Source of the DNA: Candidatus Hydrogenedens sp.
GTDB lineage: Bacteria; Hydrogenedentota; Hydrogenedentia; Hydrogenedentales; Hydrogenedentaceae
Direction of reading: 5' to 3'
NCBI GenBank assembly: GCA_049968235.1
Contig: JBMFRC010000019.1
Location: 1 to 60,642 of the forward strand
DNA length: 60,642 nucleotides
Below are positions 10,912 to 20,170 of this stretch, piece after piece. Below the pieces are notes generated by a model, which saw only the letters and a list, made by a program, of their open reading frames with translations, was not told where the DNA came from and made no database searches. The position numbers and the translations under genes are program-made. Positions within the stretch are counted from its first letter, which is position 1, and each line of letters begins with the position of its first letter.

Positions 10912-11748
10912 TTATTTAAAACACCCCAGAGAATGGAGATACTTTACAGAATTTTCAATCGATTCTTTTATCTGGGCTTCATTAAGTTCAACACCCTTAA
11001 TTCCTTCAAATTCGATAGTAATAGGACCGTTATAATGATGTTCTTTCAAGATTTTTAATATTTCTGGAAAATTAACCTTTCCCTGTCCTAATGCGGGGAA
11101 ATTCCATGTTTCAAATTCACCGGTATGGTCTTTGAATTCAACCGTAGCAACAAAAGGAATTGATTTCTTTAATTCTGTCACCGCATCGGTATTATGGTTA
11201 TAGTAGGTTATGTTCCCGGTGTCGAAATTTATACGTACACGGGGATGGTTTATTGCTTTCATGGTCTCAATCTGAACATCACCGTTTGTTCCTAAATCAG
11301 GGTGTGTCTCCAACACAAGGGTAACATTATATTTTTCTGCTATATCCCCTGAACGGCGTAATCTTTCATATACAACTTCCTTAGGTGTTTCCTGTCGTTT
11401 TGCAGAGAGAAACAGGAAATGCACACCCATTTGTGAACATATCTTAAACTGTTCTTCTAATTGCTGGACACAAGTATCCTGTGTCAGGTCTGCTTCACCA
11501 CGCATAACAAGTACTTTTAAGTTATGTTCGTTTAATTTTTTCATCATATCCGCAACCTGGTCAGCAGGTGGAACGGAGATAAACAAATATTTCACCCCAA
11601 TAGATGGTAAATGTGTCCATGCGCTTTCTTGATAGTTCCCATAACTTGATAGACGCACACCAATTGGCGGACAAAATTCTTCTTCTGCAAATATAGGATT
11701 ACTTATCATGATAGATAAAACAAAAACGATTACATATACCCACCGCAT
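10912..11748 (-). CDS. Secreted sugar phosphate isomerase/epimerase (xylose isomerase-like TIM barrel)
   Basis: 278 aa with an N-terminal signal peptide (MRWVYVIVFVLSIMISNPIFA). TIM-barrel-like pattern resembling the xylose isomerase-like family. Sits between glpK and the symporter. Confidence 0.5.
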   Translation of the reverse strand: MRWVYVIVFVLSIMISNPIFAEEEFCPPIGVRLSSYGNYQESAWTHLPSIGVKYLFISVPPADQVADMMKKLNEHNLKVLVMRGEADLTQDTCVQQLEEQFKICSQMGVHFLFLSAKRQETPKEVVYERLRRSGDIAEKYNVTLVLETHPDLGTNGDVQIETMKAINHPRVRINFDTGNITYYNHNTDAVTELKKSIPFVATVEFKDHTGEFETWNFPALGQGKVNFPEILKILKEHHYNGPITIEFEGIKGVELNEAQIKESIENSVKYLHSLGCFK

Positions 11749-11903
11749 TTCGTTTTTCCTTCTTCAAACTATTTTTTAAAACACTTTAAACATGAATAAT
11801 AAGAAAAAAGTATAAAGCATTGCAATAAAAATAATTTTACAATTCGGGTAAATTGGACAGGGTAGATAAATTTGACTTGTCCAATAGGTTTAAGAGTTAA
11901 AAA

Positions 11904-13391
11904 CTATTTTTCTTTTTGTTTTTCGTAGGTTTTCTTTATGGCTTTTCGCCAGCCTTCCAATGCAGTCTGGCGTTGGTCTTCACTCCACTGCGGTTCAAAA
12001 ATACGACTGACCCGCCACCGTTTTTGCAATTCATCTTGATTATTCCAGAAGTGCGTAGCCAGTCCCGCAAGATATGCAGAACCCAAAGCAGTTGTTTCCA
12101 GAGTAGAACCACGAATAACAGGTTTACCCAGAACATTCGCTTGATGTTGTAATAAGAAATTATTTGCGGATGCTCCACCATCAACGCGCAGTTGTGTAAT
12201 CCTTGTATTGGAATCCTGCTCCATTGTGAAAACGACATCCGCTGATTGATAGGCTATAGATTCTAGAGCGGAACGAACGATATGTGCCCGTGAAGTTCCG
12301 CGTGTAATACCTGTGATAAGTCCCCTTGCGTGCATGTCCCAATAGGGAGCTCCTAAACCAACAAATGCAGGAACCAAGTAAACACCGCCTGTGTCAGGCA
12401 CGGACATGGCAATCGCTTCACTTTCTGCAGAACTTTGTATTAATTTCAGTTCATCTCTTAACCACTGTACAACTGCACCACCGACAAAGACACTCCCTTC
12501 CAGAGCATAAGTAACTTTACTATCTAATCCCCATGCAATTGTCGTAAGCAAACCATGTTTGGATACGGGTGCTTCCTGACCGGTATTCATCAGTAAGAAA
12601 CAACCGGTTCCGTAAGTATTCTTGCATTCTCCTTCATTAAAAGCGGTTTGCCCAAATAATGCAGACTGCTGGTCTCCAATTAAGGCAGAAACGGGAATCG
12701 ATTTTCCGAGCACTTCGGTAGAACCATAAACTTTACTGCTGGGATGGACTTCCGGCAAAATATCACGCGGTATTTTAAGAGCATTGAGTATGGTGTCATC
12801 CCATTCTAATGTATGTATATTGAACAGCAATGTTCGTGAGGCATTGGTATAATCTGTCGCATGGATGCCCGTAAGTTGATACAATAGCCAACTATCAATC
12901 GTCCCGAACAGAATCTCTCCGTTTTCGGCTCGTTGTCGTAAGCCTGACACATTATCTAACATCCATCGAATTTTTGTGCCTGAAAAATAGGCATCCAATA
13001 GCAATCCTGTCCTTTCTCGTATCTCCTCTTCCAGCCCTTCTGCACGAAGTTGCTCACACAAACTCGCAGTCCTTCTACATTGCCATACAATTGCAGGATG
13101 AACCGGTGCTCCTGATTTCTTTTCCCATAATACAGCGGTCTCTCTTTGATTGGTTATTCCAATGCCGGCTATTTCTTCAGGCATAGCACCACATTTTTTC
13201 AACACTGCTCGTGCTGTGGCTAATTGCGTGTTCCATATCTCATACGGGTCATGCTCTACCCAGCCAGGTCGCGGATAATATTGTTTGAATTCCTGTTGAC
13301 TTACTGCAACGGCGTTGCCTTCATGGTCAAATAAAATGCTACGCGAACTCGTTGTCCCCTGATCTAATGCGAGAATGTATTTCTTTTCCAT
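11904..13391 (-). CDS. glpK: Glycerol kinase
   Basis: N-terminus MEKKYILALDQGTTSSRSILFD is the characteristic FGGY/glycerol kinase start. 495 aa, sugar kinase signatures throughout. Confidence 0.9.
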   Translation of the reverse strand: MEKKYILALDQGTTSSRSILFDHEGNAVAVSQQEFKQYYPRPGWVEHDPYEIWNTQLATARAVLKKCGAMPEEIAGIGITNQRETAVLWEKKSGAPVHPAIVWQCRRTASLCEQLRAEGLEEEIRERTGLLLDAYFSGTKIRWMLDNVSGLRQRAENGEILFGTIDSWLLYQLTGIHATDYTNASRTLLFNIHTLEWDDTILNALKIPRDILPEVHPSSKVYGSTEVLGKSIPVSALIGDQQSALFGQTAFNEGECKNTYGTGCFLLMNTGQEAPVSKHGLLTTIAWGLDSKVTYALEGSVFVGGAVVQWLRDELKLIQSSAESEAIAMSVPDTGGVYLVPAFVGLGAPYWDMHARGLITGITRGTSRAHIVRSALESIAYQSADVVFTMEQDSNTRITQLRVDGGASANNFLLQHQANVLGKPVIRGSTLETTALGSAYLAGLATHFWNNQDELQKRWRVSRIFEPQWSEDQRQTALEGWRKAIKKTYEKQKEK

Positions 13392-13635
13392 ATTCTTTTC
13401 CTTTACCTTTTGATTTAATAAGGCAAGTACTTATTATTAACATTATTATTTATACGACACCAAGCCTGTCAAATTTAAATAGAGCAGTGAAAATTGTTTC
13501 ATCTTGACAAATGAGATAGAAATGTGGAAAAATAGGAATAGAAATATATAATTTAACGAATAACAATAAATTTTACGGAAACAGAAAGAAAAAGAATTAA
13601 CGATAAGTAAATTAACAAATAAGGAGGACAGAGGT

Positions 13636-14094
13636 ATGAGGTTTATTTGTTGTTTCTTTTCTTTCTTATTCAGCAAATTTTGTTTCAACAAACTTCGTGT
13701 GAGAAGAATTGTTTTAGAAGATGAACATGGAACAGCAAAAGCAGAATTAGAAGTGGATGCTCGTGGAAATACGACACTACACTTTAGGGATGATAAGAAT
13801 CAAAATCGTTTATATATAGGTATTACACCTGAAGGAACACCACGAATAGGTTTATCTTATGCGGAAGGCAAAGGTTCTATTCAATTAGAGGCAAACGATA
13901 AATTGAATAGTTCTGCGATTCTCTTTTGTGGACCTGATGGAAAACCTCAAATATTACTGGGTATCGCAAATACAGGTTTACCCGCTTTTGGACTTTATGA
14001 TGGTGATGGGAAATTACTCTTTCCCAATTTCTTGAATAAAAACGAGGAACTGCTACTTGAGCCTAATACAAAAGGCTTGTATTCTCAAAATTAA
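13636..14094 (+). CDS. Hypothetical small protein with internal tandem repeat (152 aa)
   Basis: ORF flanked by AT-rich non-coding DNA. Two related approximately 28-aa segments (NRLYIGITPEGTPRIGLSY / PQILLGIANTGLPAFGLYDG) suggest an internal duplication. No known motif. Confidence 0.35.
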   Translation: MRFICCFFSFLFSKFCFNKLRVRRIVLEDEHGTAKAELEVDARGNTTLHFRDDKNQNRLYIGITPEGTPRIGLSYAEGKGSIQLEANDKLNSSAILFCGPDGKPQILLGIANTGLPAFGLYDGDGKLLFPNFLNKNEELLLEPNTKGLYSQN

Positions 14095-14494
14095 CCTTGA
14101 TTACCGATGGTTAAATAAAATTGCAGGGCTTCATATTCAATGAATTATTCAAGGGCTACTTGTTCGAAAACATCAAAATTATCCCCGTAAACGAAATGAT
14201 TCAGATAAGGTATATAAGACAAGTGGGACACATCGACAATGTGCTGGAATAGATACCGACACTACATTTTATATTAGAAACAGAAGTATATCTTCCCTTA
14301 GTCCTTTTGTGGTTTGAACAATTGTTTGCTCCAATACCGATTAGAGAAGTTGTGCCGCTGAGTAATGAAAATAAAAATAATCTGTCGGAATGTTAGAACA
14401 AATTTACCCCCGTCTCTTCAAACAAGTTTGGAATCCGACTATATAGCGATGGAATTTCCTTCGACAGGCTCAAATATAGATTTTATATTATATA

Positions 14495-15022
14495 TTATTG
14501 CTCTTTCTTATTTGAAAATGTATTTAAAAAATCATGAAGTTTTTCACGAAGAGGTGTTTCAACAGGGAGGGGATTGAAAAGAGAATGTTTGGACATCTTT
14601 GTATCTTGCTGGGTTTGTTGATGGTATTTAATGAATCGTTCCGGTTGCATAACAAACACGCCCATTCCAACACACACCTCCCTCAATGCGCGGTCTGAAG
14701 ACACAACATATATATTCTCTTTATCCATTTCTCTATAAATGCAATGTTCAATGAGACTGTCAGCATCGGAACCTTGAGAAGAAAACAGTATTTCAAATTG
14801 ATACCCTTGAGATGAAGGTTTTCTTGGGAAAAAAGGAGGGGTATTTTCGGAAGAGTTGCCATCAAATACTACTGTTACTCTGCTTCCTGAGAGAGATGTA
14901 AATTCCTGTAAGAGGTGTATAAGTTGATTTCTATGCTCTTCAAGATTTGCATGTTTTATCTTTTTATTTTTTAATAAGACATGAAGTAAATTGTAACCAT
15001 CGATATAATAATGTTCAGGCAC
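14495..15022 (-). CDS. NYN-domain (YacP/Rae1-like) RNA-binding/ribonuclease protein
   Basis: N-terminal YYIDGYNLLH matches the YacP-like NYN domain start. 175 aa. Immediately abuts the alr stop. Confidence 0.65.
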   Translation of the reverse strand: MPEHYYIDGYNLLHVLLKNKKIKHANLEEHRNQLIHLLQEFTSLSGSRVTVVFDGNSSENTPPFFPRKPSSQGYQFEILFSSQGSDADSLIEHCIYREMDKENIYVVSSDRALREVCVGMGVFVMQPERFIKYHQQTQQDTKMSKHSLFNPLPVETPLREKLHDFLNTFSNKKEQ

Positions 15023-16156
15023 TTATGTACTCTCCTTTTGTTCTTCATCTTTATTTATATATGTGCGAAGAACTCGTGGTCCAATTCCAGTGAGTATATC
15101 ATAAACGATAGTTCCCGCTTTTTCTGCTAATTCCTCCGCATGAATCTCTTCATTTCCATCTTTGCCTATCAGAACAACCGGGTCTCCTCGTTTTACGGTA
15201 TTTTTTGTTCTTAGTTCAACAACAATTTGGTCCATGGAAACACTTCCGCAAACAGGACAACGAGTACCATGAATAAGCACTTCTCCTTTATTAGATAATT
15301 GTGTACGATAACCATCCGCATAACCGACAGGAACTATGGCAATATCCATATCCCGGTCACAAATAAATTTTTTACCATAGCCGATGGATGAACCTGCTGT
15401 TATTGAACGAACCTGAGTTATCTGTGTTTCCCAACGGAGAATAGGTTTTAATATAGTTCGTTCTGCTTTCTTTTTTACAGGCCAAATTCCATATGTCATT
15501 AATCCGGGACGAACCGCATCAAAATAACTCTTTGGATAGTTTATTATAGCGGGTGAATTTGCGGAATGAGCAAACTCATATGGAATACCTTCTCGTTCAA
15601 GGTCGTTCAATAGTTTTGAAAAGATACGAATCTGATTTATCGTAAAGACATCGTTTTCCTCATCTGCGCAGGGGAAATGTGTAGCAATACCTTCAATATC
15701 AATATGAGGAAGATAAACAATTTTTTTAATATCTTTTATAAAGGTATCTACACTGAAACCCTGCCGTCCCATACCTGTATCAATTTTACAGTGAACAGAG
15801 ATATTTACTTTAGCACGAGTTGCCAGTTCCGAAATTTTTTTTGCAACTTCAATCTCAGACAATAGCGGGGTAAGTTTATAATCAATAAGTGCTGGCAATT
15901 CATCATCATCAGGCTGAAGTAAAATGAGAATAGGTATTTTTATGCCACTTTTTCGCAAAGTAATACCTTCTTCGATATTGGCAACTGCCAGCATGTTCAC
16001 ACCCCATTTTTCAGCATATTGTGCAATAGGAACAAGCCCATGTCCGTAGGCATTGGCTTTTACAACCGCTATAATACGCACGGAAGAACCGACGAGATTT
16101 CGAACAACCTGGAGATTGTTACAATATGCAGATAAATCAATTATGACTTTAGACAT
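15023..16156 (-). CDS. alr: Alanine racemase
   Basis: PLP-binding motif AVVKANAYGHG. The ORF extends to 16231, but the probable start is the Met of MSKVIIDLSAYC at about 16156. That start avoids overlap with pgsA and gives about 377 aa. Confidence 0.85.
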   Translation of the reverse strand: MSKVIIDLSAYCNNLQVVRNLVGSSVRIIAVVKANAYGHGLVPIAQYAEKWGVNMLAVANIEEGITLRKSGIKIPILILLQPDDDELPALIDYKLTPLLSEIEVAKKISELATRAKVNISVHCKIDTGMGRQGFSVDTFIKDIKKIVYLPHIDIEGIATHFPCADEENDVFTINQIRIFSKLLNDLEREGIPYEFAHSANSPAIINYPKSYFDAVRPGLMTYGIWPVKKKAERTILKPILRWETQITQVRSITAGSSIGYGKKFICDRDMDIAIVPVGYADGYRTQLSNKGEVLIHGTRCPVCGSVSMDQIVVELRTKNTVKRGDPVVLIGKDGNEEIHAEELAEKAGTIVYDILTGIGPRVLRTYINKDEEQKEST

Positions 16157-16197
16157 AAATTCTTCTTTCTCTACATTATAATGAGGTTGTGAAGGTT

Positions 16198-16806
16198 TTA
16201 GTCCAGTTTCAGTTTTTCCCAGTTTTTCCATAAGATTTCACACCCGGAATAAAAAGTATAGATTGCAATAAACATCATGAAGACCAAAGATGCCTTCCCC
16301 AGCAACGGGTCATATGATTTTATCATATTTTCATGTATGAAAGAGAATTGGACATCTAAAAAAAATCTTCTTGTTGTAGCTAAGAGAAGAAAGACTATTA
16401 CATAAGTCATCTGTAGAACGGTTTTTAATTTGCCCCATGGGTCTGCGGGGATAATAGTGCCATCCGCCGCAGCAAGGGTTCTAATCCCTGTAACTAAAAA
16501 TTCACGTGCAAAAATAATAACAACACACCAACCCGGAATTTTCAATTCTTCCAGTTTCATCATCATTACAAATGCGGCGACCATTAATACTTTATCGGCA
16601 ATAGGGTCAATTAATTGTCCAAACTTTGTAACCGTTTTTGTCTGCCGTGCAATTTTTCCATCCCAATAATCCGTGATTGCAGCGATGATAAAGATAATAT
16701 AGGCAAAAGCAAAAGGTATCCAATGCGTAAAGGACATGAAGAAAACAAAAATAATAGCAAGAATACAGCGTGCAATTGAAAGTTGATTGGGTAAATTTAT
16801 TTTCAT
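16198..16806 (-). CDS. pgsA: CDP-diacylglycerol--glycerol-3-phosphate 3-phosphatidyltransferase
   Basis: CDP-alcohol phosphatidyltransferase signature DGKIARQTKTVTKFGQLIDPIADK (D-G-x2-A-R-x8-G-x3-D-x3-D). 202 aa with multiple TM segments. Confidence 0.85.
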   Translation of the reverse strand: MKINLPNQLSIARCILAIIFVFFMSFTHWIPFAFAYIIFIIAAITDYWDGKIARQTKTVTKFGQLIDPIADKVLMVAAFVMMMKLEELKIPGWCVVIIFAREFLVTGIRTLAAADGTIIPADPWGKLKTVLQMTYVIVFLLLATTRRFFLDVQFSFIHENMIKSYDPLLGKASLVFMMFIAIYTFYSGCEILWKNWEKLKLD

Positions 16807-16834
16807 AATGACCGTGCTGTTACTTTGTTATTAA

Positions 16835-17332
16835 TTAAAAATCTTCATCAAAATGGACTACCGGTGCTTCAACAGTTCCAGCATTCACTTTTAATGAAGG
16901 GTCTTCACGAATAGGTTGAGTGAAGAAGGAATATGCAAGCCATGATAAAACAAGCACAGCACAAACAATTCCCCATGTAATTAGTGGTTCTAACCATGGT
17001 GGTAATTCTATATTTCCTCGGGGTATATCGAGGGGAGAGATTTTTTTAGGCTTATTTAAACTCCGTTGTTTCCGCAACCATTCCAGATAAAAATCGTAGT
17101 ATGGTCTCGGGTCAATATTGATATACTGACAATAGGAGTAAATAAAAGCTCGAATATTAGGATTATTTGCTAATAGTGCAAAATTTTCACTCTCAAATGC
17201 TTGAATATATTGGATAGGAACGCGGGTTTGTTCAAATACATGCTGGACAGAAAGTCCTAATGCTTCCCGCTGTTCCTTTAATTTATCTCCAAATCTTTTT
17301 TTTCTATTGTTCATATCCATAATCTTCCTCAT
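16835..17332 (-). CDS. Helix-turn-helix membrane protein, RodZ-like
   Basis: N-terminal XRE-type HTH (FGDKLKEQREALGLSVQHVFEQTRVPIQYIQAFE) followed by one TM segment (WGIVCAVLVLSWLAY). Architecture resembles the RodZ N-terminus. Located between ftsK and pgsA. Confidence 0.5.
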   Translation of the reverse strand: MRKIMDMNNRKKRFGDKLKEQREALGLSVQHVFEQTRVPIQYIQAFESENFALLANNPNIRAFIYSYCQYINIDPRPYYDFYLEWLRKQRSLNKPKKISPLDIPRGNIELPPWLEPLITWGIVCAVLVLSWLAYSFFTQPIREDPSLKVNAGTVEAPVVHFDEDF

Positions 17333-19922
17333 CGGAAGGAATTATATCTTCATCATTATAATTTGTTTGCATCTCGATTTCATCCCTATTTTCAGAAGAC
17401 ATATTCAAAATTTCACGCGGTTTACTTCCACGGTGCGGTCCTACAATTCCTCGTAGTTCCATTAAATCTATCAAATGCCCGGCGCGAGCATACCCGATTC
17501 GCAATCGACGCTGAAGTAAAGAAACCGATGCTTGTTTTGTCTCTCGAACAATACGGACCGCTTCCTCAAATAAAGGGTCATCATCATCGAAAGACGACTC
17601 GGTATCTTTCTTCTTTTGGTTATCAAAACCAATATAATTAAGATACTGCGGTGGCGCCTGTGATTTCAAATAATTTACCAATGTTTCTATCTCTTCATCA
17701 CTAACAAAAGCACCCTGAATACGCATCGGCTTTGGTAACCCAGCATTATGGTATAACATATCACCATGTCCAATCAACTTTTCAGCACCTATCGTATCTA
17801 AGATACATCGCGAATCAATTTTAGAGGAAACCTGGAACGAAATACGAGCAGGGAAATTCGCCTTAATCACACCTGTAATTACATCTACTGAAGGTCTCTG
17901 GGTTGCTACAATTAAATGTATTCCTACCGCTCGGGCTAATTGGGAAAGTCTCGCAATAGCACTTTCAACCGCATTTCGTTGGAGCATCATTAAATCCGCT
18001 AATTCATCAATGATACAAACGATATGAGGAAGTTTGCGGACAACCTTTATAGGAGATGAGAACAAATCTCTGTCACCATCTTCATAAATTTCTAATTGTC
18101 CATTTTCTACATTCTGATTATAAATTTCCAGGTTGCGTGTATTGGTATTTGCGAAAAGGGTATATCGTCGCTCCATCTCTTTTACAAGAATATCTAAAGC
18201 CTCACCTGCTTTCTTCGCATCCGTTACAACGGGTTCCAATAAATGAGGAATATCATTGAATATAGAAAATTCCACCATCTTGGGGTCAATTAAAACCAAT
18301 CGCAGTTCATCAGGCGTATATTGAAATAGTAAACTTGCAAGCAATGCTTTCACGAAAACAGTTTTTCCTGAACCTGTAGCACCTGCAATAAGGAGATGCG
18401 GCATTTGTGTAAGGTCAACAACTTTGACCTCACCTGTAATATCCTTGCCGAGAGGTAATCGCAATCTTCCGCGATGTTTTATTAAGGAATAACTTTCCAG
18501 TAGTTCTCTTAACAATACCTGTTCACGAACGGGGTTGGGAACCTCAATGCCGACTTTGCCTCTTCCTGGAATAGGTGCCTCCACACGAACACGGTCTGCT
18601 TTCAACGCAAGAGTAATATCATCTGCATGTGATAAAAATCGTGTTACTTTTATTCCCGGCTCCGGTTCTAATTCATATCTTGTAATTGTCGGACCGTGAG
18701 TAATTCCTGTAACTCGTGCCTTCACTCCAAATCGTTCTAATGTCCTTATTAAAATTTCTGCCCGTTCTTGTAGTTGTTCGTTATAATTGGGTATTTCAAA
18801 AGGGACAGGTTCATCCAGTAAAGTTAGTGGCGGTTTTGTATATTGCTCCGGATAGTCAGGTTTCGTTGTTATCATCTGTATGTTATTCGACTTATGTTGG
18901 GAAGGGTGACCGGAACGAACAGGCTCTTCGGATGAAATATATGAAAGTGTCGGATTATTTTTTGGCAACTCTTTATTTTCCTTTTTTGAAAAATTCCAGA
19001 ACCCCCCTTTTTTCTCTTTAATATTCTTCGTGGCTCCCTTACCCATAATGGACTCAGAAATAGATGCTTCGCTCACAAATTTATCCGTATTTTCTGTTCT
19101 GGAAAGGGTGGAAACGGGTGATGTTGATTGGGAACACATTTCGGGGGGGTCCTGTTCCATCTCCGTTAAAGGCAAATCTGGCAAACATGAAGTATCTACA
19201 TTACTTCTATGATGAAAGTGTGAGTTATCTTCATTTACATGATTTAATGGAAGTTGAAGTTGGACTGAAGAAGGTTCGGTTAGAACAGTATATTGCTCTA
19301 AAGAAATGATATTTGCATTAATCCACTCAATTCCATGCTTTGCTGAAATGAATAGTTCCTTTGCATAATTATAGAAAGCGGAAAATAAGAAATATATTGT
19401 GCGAAGAAGATAAATGAAGAGCCAATCTAAAGATAAAATAAGTCCCGCAAGAATTAGCATAAACGAAACAAGAACAGACGGAAACACACCGAAATTAGGA
19501 ACCAGTATTTCTGCTACAATTCGATATCCAATACTATTTCCGGCGGCTAATTTTCCAGTCCAGAACAAGTAATACGCCTGCGAAAAGATAGCGATATTTG
19601 TTAATAATAGCGATAGTCCTAAAAAGCCCTGAATAAACGAAAAAGGATAACGCTCATCCCACAAAATAATTGACCATAAAAATAATATTATATAAAGGAA
19701 ATGTACGGCAGGACCTATAGCCAGAAAAATTTGGTAAACAATATTTTTTGTTCCTAATATAATTGGTAATAAAAAAGGGATATTAACAACCGGGGTATCT
19801 GCCTCTCTATCGGAATGGATTTCAGGATTAAATATAATAATTGTGAACAGAAGTATACTAACGAGAAGAAACAATGTGGAAAAAAGAACCTTTTTTACGG
19901 TTATGTAGTGATAATTCAACAT
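17304..19922 (-). CDS. ftsK: DNA translocase FtsK/SpoIIIE
   Basis: N-terminal multi-TM region. Walker A IAGATGSGKT. C-terminal winged-helix gamma domain (SLLQRRLRIGYARAGHLIDLME). The ORF runs to 19976, but the likely start is the Met of MLNYHYI at 19922. Confidence 0.9.
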   Translation of the reverse strand: MLNYHYITVKKVLFSTLFLLVSILLFTIIIFNPEIHSDREADTPVVNIPFLLPIILGTKNIVYQIFLAIGPAVHFLYIILFLWSIILWDERYPFSFIQGFLGLSLLLTNIAIFSQAYYLFWTGKLAAGNSIGYRIVAEILVPNFGVFPSVLVSFMLILAGLILSLDWLFIYLLRTIYFLFSAFYNYAKELFISAKHGIEWINANIISLEQYTVLTEPSSVQLQLPLNHVNEDNSHFHHRSNVDTSCLPDLPLTEMEQDPPEMCSQSTSPVSTLSRTENTDKFVSEASISESIMGKGATKNIKEKKGGFWNFSKKENKELPKNNPTLSYISSEEPVRSGHPSQHKSNNIQMITTKPDYPEQYTKPPLTLLDEPVPFEIPNYNEQLQERAEILIRTLERFGVKARVTGITHGPTITRYELEPEPGIKVTRFLSHADDITLALKADRVRVEAPIPGRGKVGIEVPNPVREQVLLRELLESYSLIKHRGRLRLPLGKDITGEVKVVDLTQMPHLLIAGATGSGKTVFVKALLASLLFQYTPDELRLVLIDPKMVEFSIFNDIPHLLEPVVTDAKKAGEALDILVKEMERRYTLFANTNTRNLEIYNQNVENGQLEIYEDGDRDLFSSPIKVVRKLPHIVCIIDELADLMMLQRNAVESAIARLSQLARAVGIHLIVATQRPSVDVITGVIKANFPARISFQVSSKIDSRCILDTIGAEKLIGHGDMLYHNAGLPKPMRIQGAFVSDEEIETLVNYLKSQAPPQYLNYIGFDNQKKKDTESSFDDDDPLFEEAVRIVRETKQASVSLLQRRLRIGYARAGHLIDLMELRGIVGPHRGSKPREILNMSSENRDEIEMQTNYNDEDIIPSDEEDYGYEQ

Positions 19923-20170
19923 AATGCAAACCTTTATATACAATATATAGAAGTACAATATATTGTATAATAACATAAAAAAGAGACTTTGTCAATCAAA
20001 TAAAATAAAAACTTATCTCTACAAAAAATCCCAATATAGAACCGAAAAATAGCAAATCTAAAACAAATTCGAAATTCCCTTTGCATGTTTTATATCTTTT
20101 ATTTTGTTATAATTAGTTCTCTATAAAAGTTTTGTATAAATTATTCTAACTTGAAAATAGGTAGTAATTT

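Noticed and set aside
15023-16231. N-terminal extensions of the longest ORFs for alr, ftsK (to 19976), pepA (to 51545), the 42264 ORF, the 21655 ORF and the 55958 ORF
   Set aside because: The extensions overlap upstream genes or lack an SD. Internal Met codons preceded by good SD sequences give protein N-termini matching family norms (Tat signal, signal peptides, lipobox), so I used shorter coordinates.
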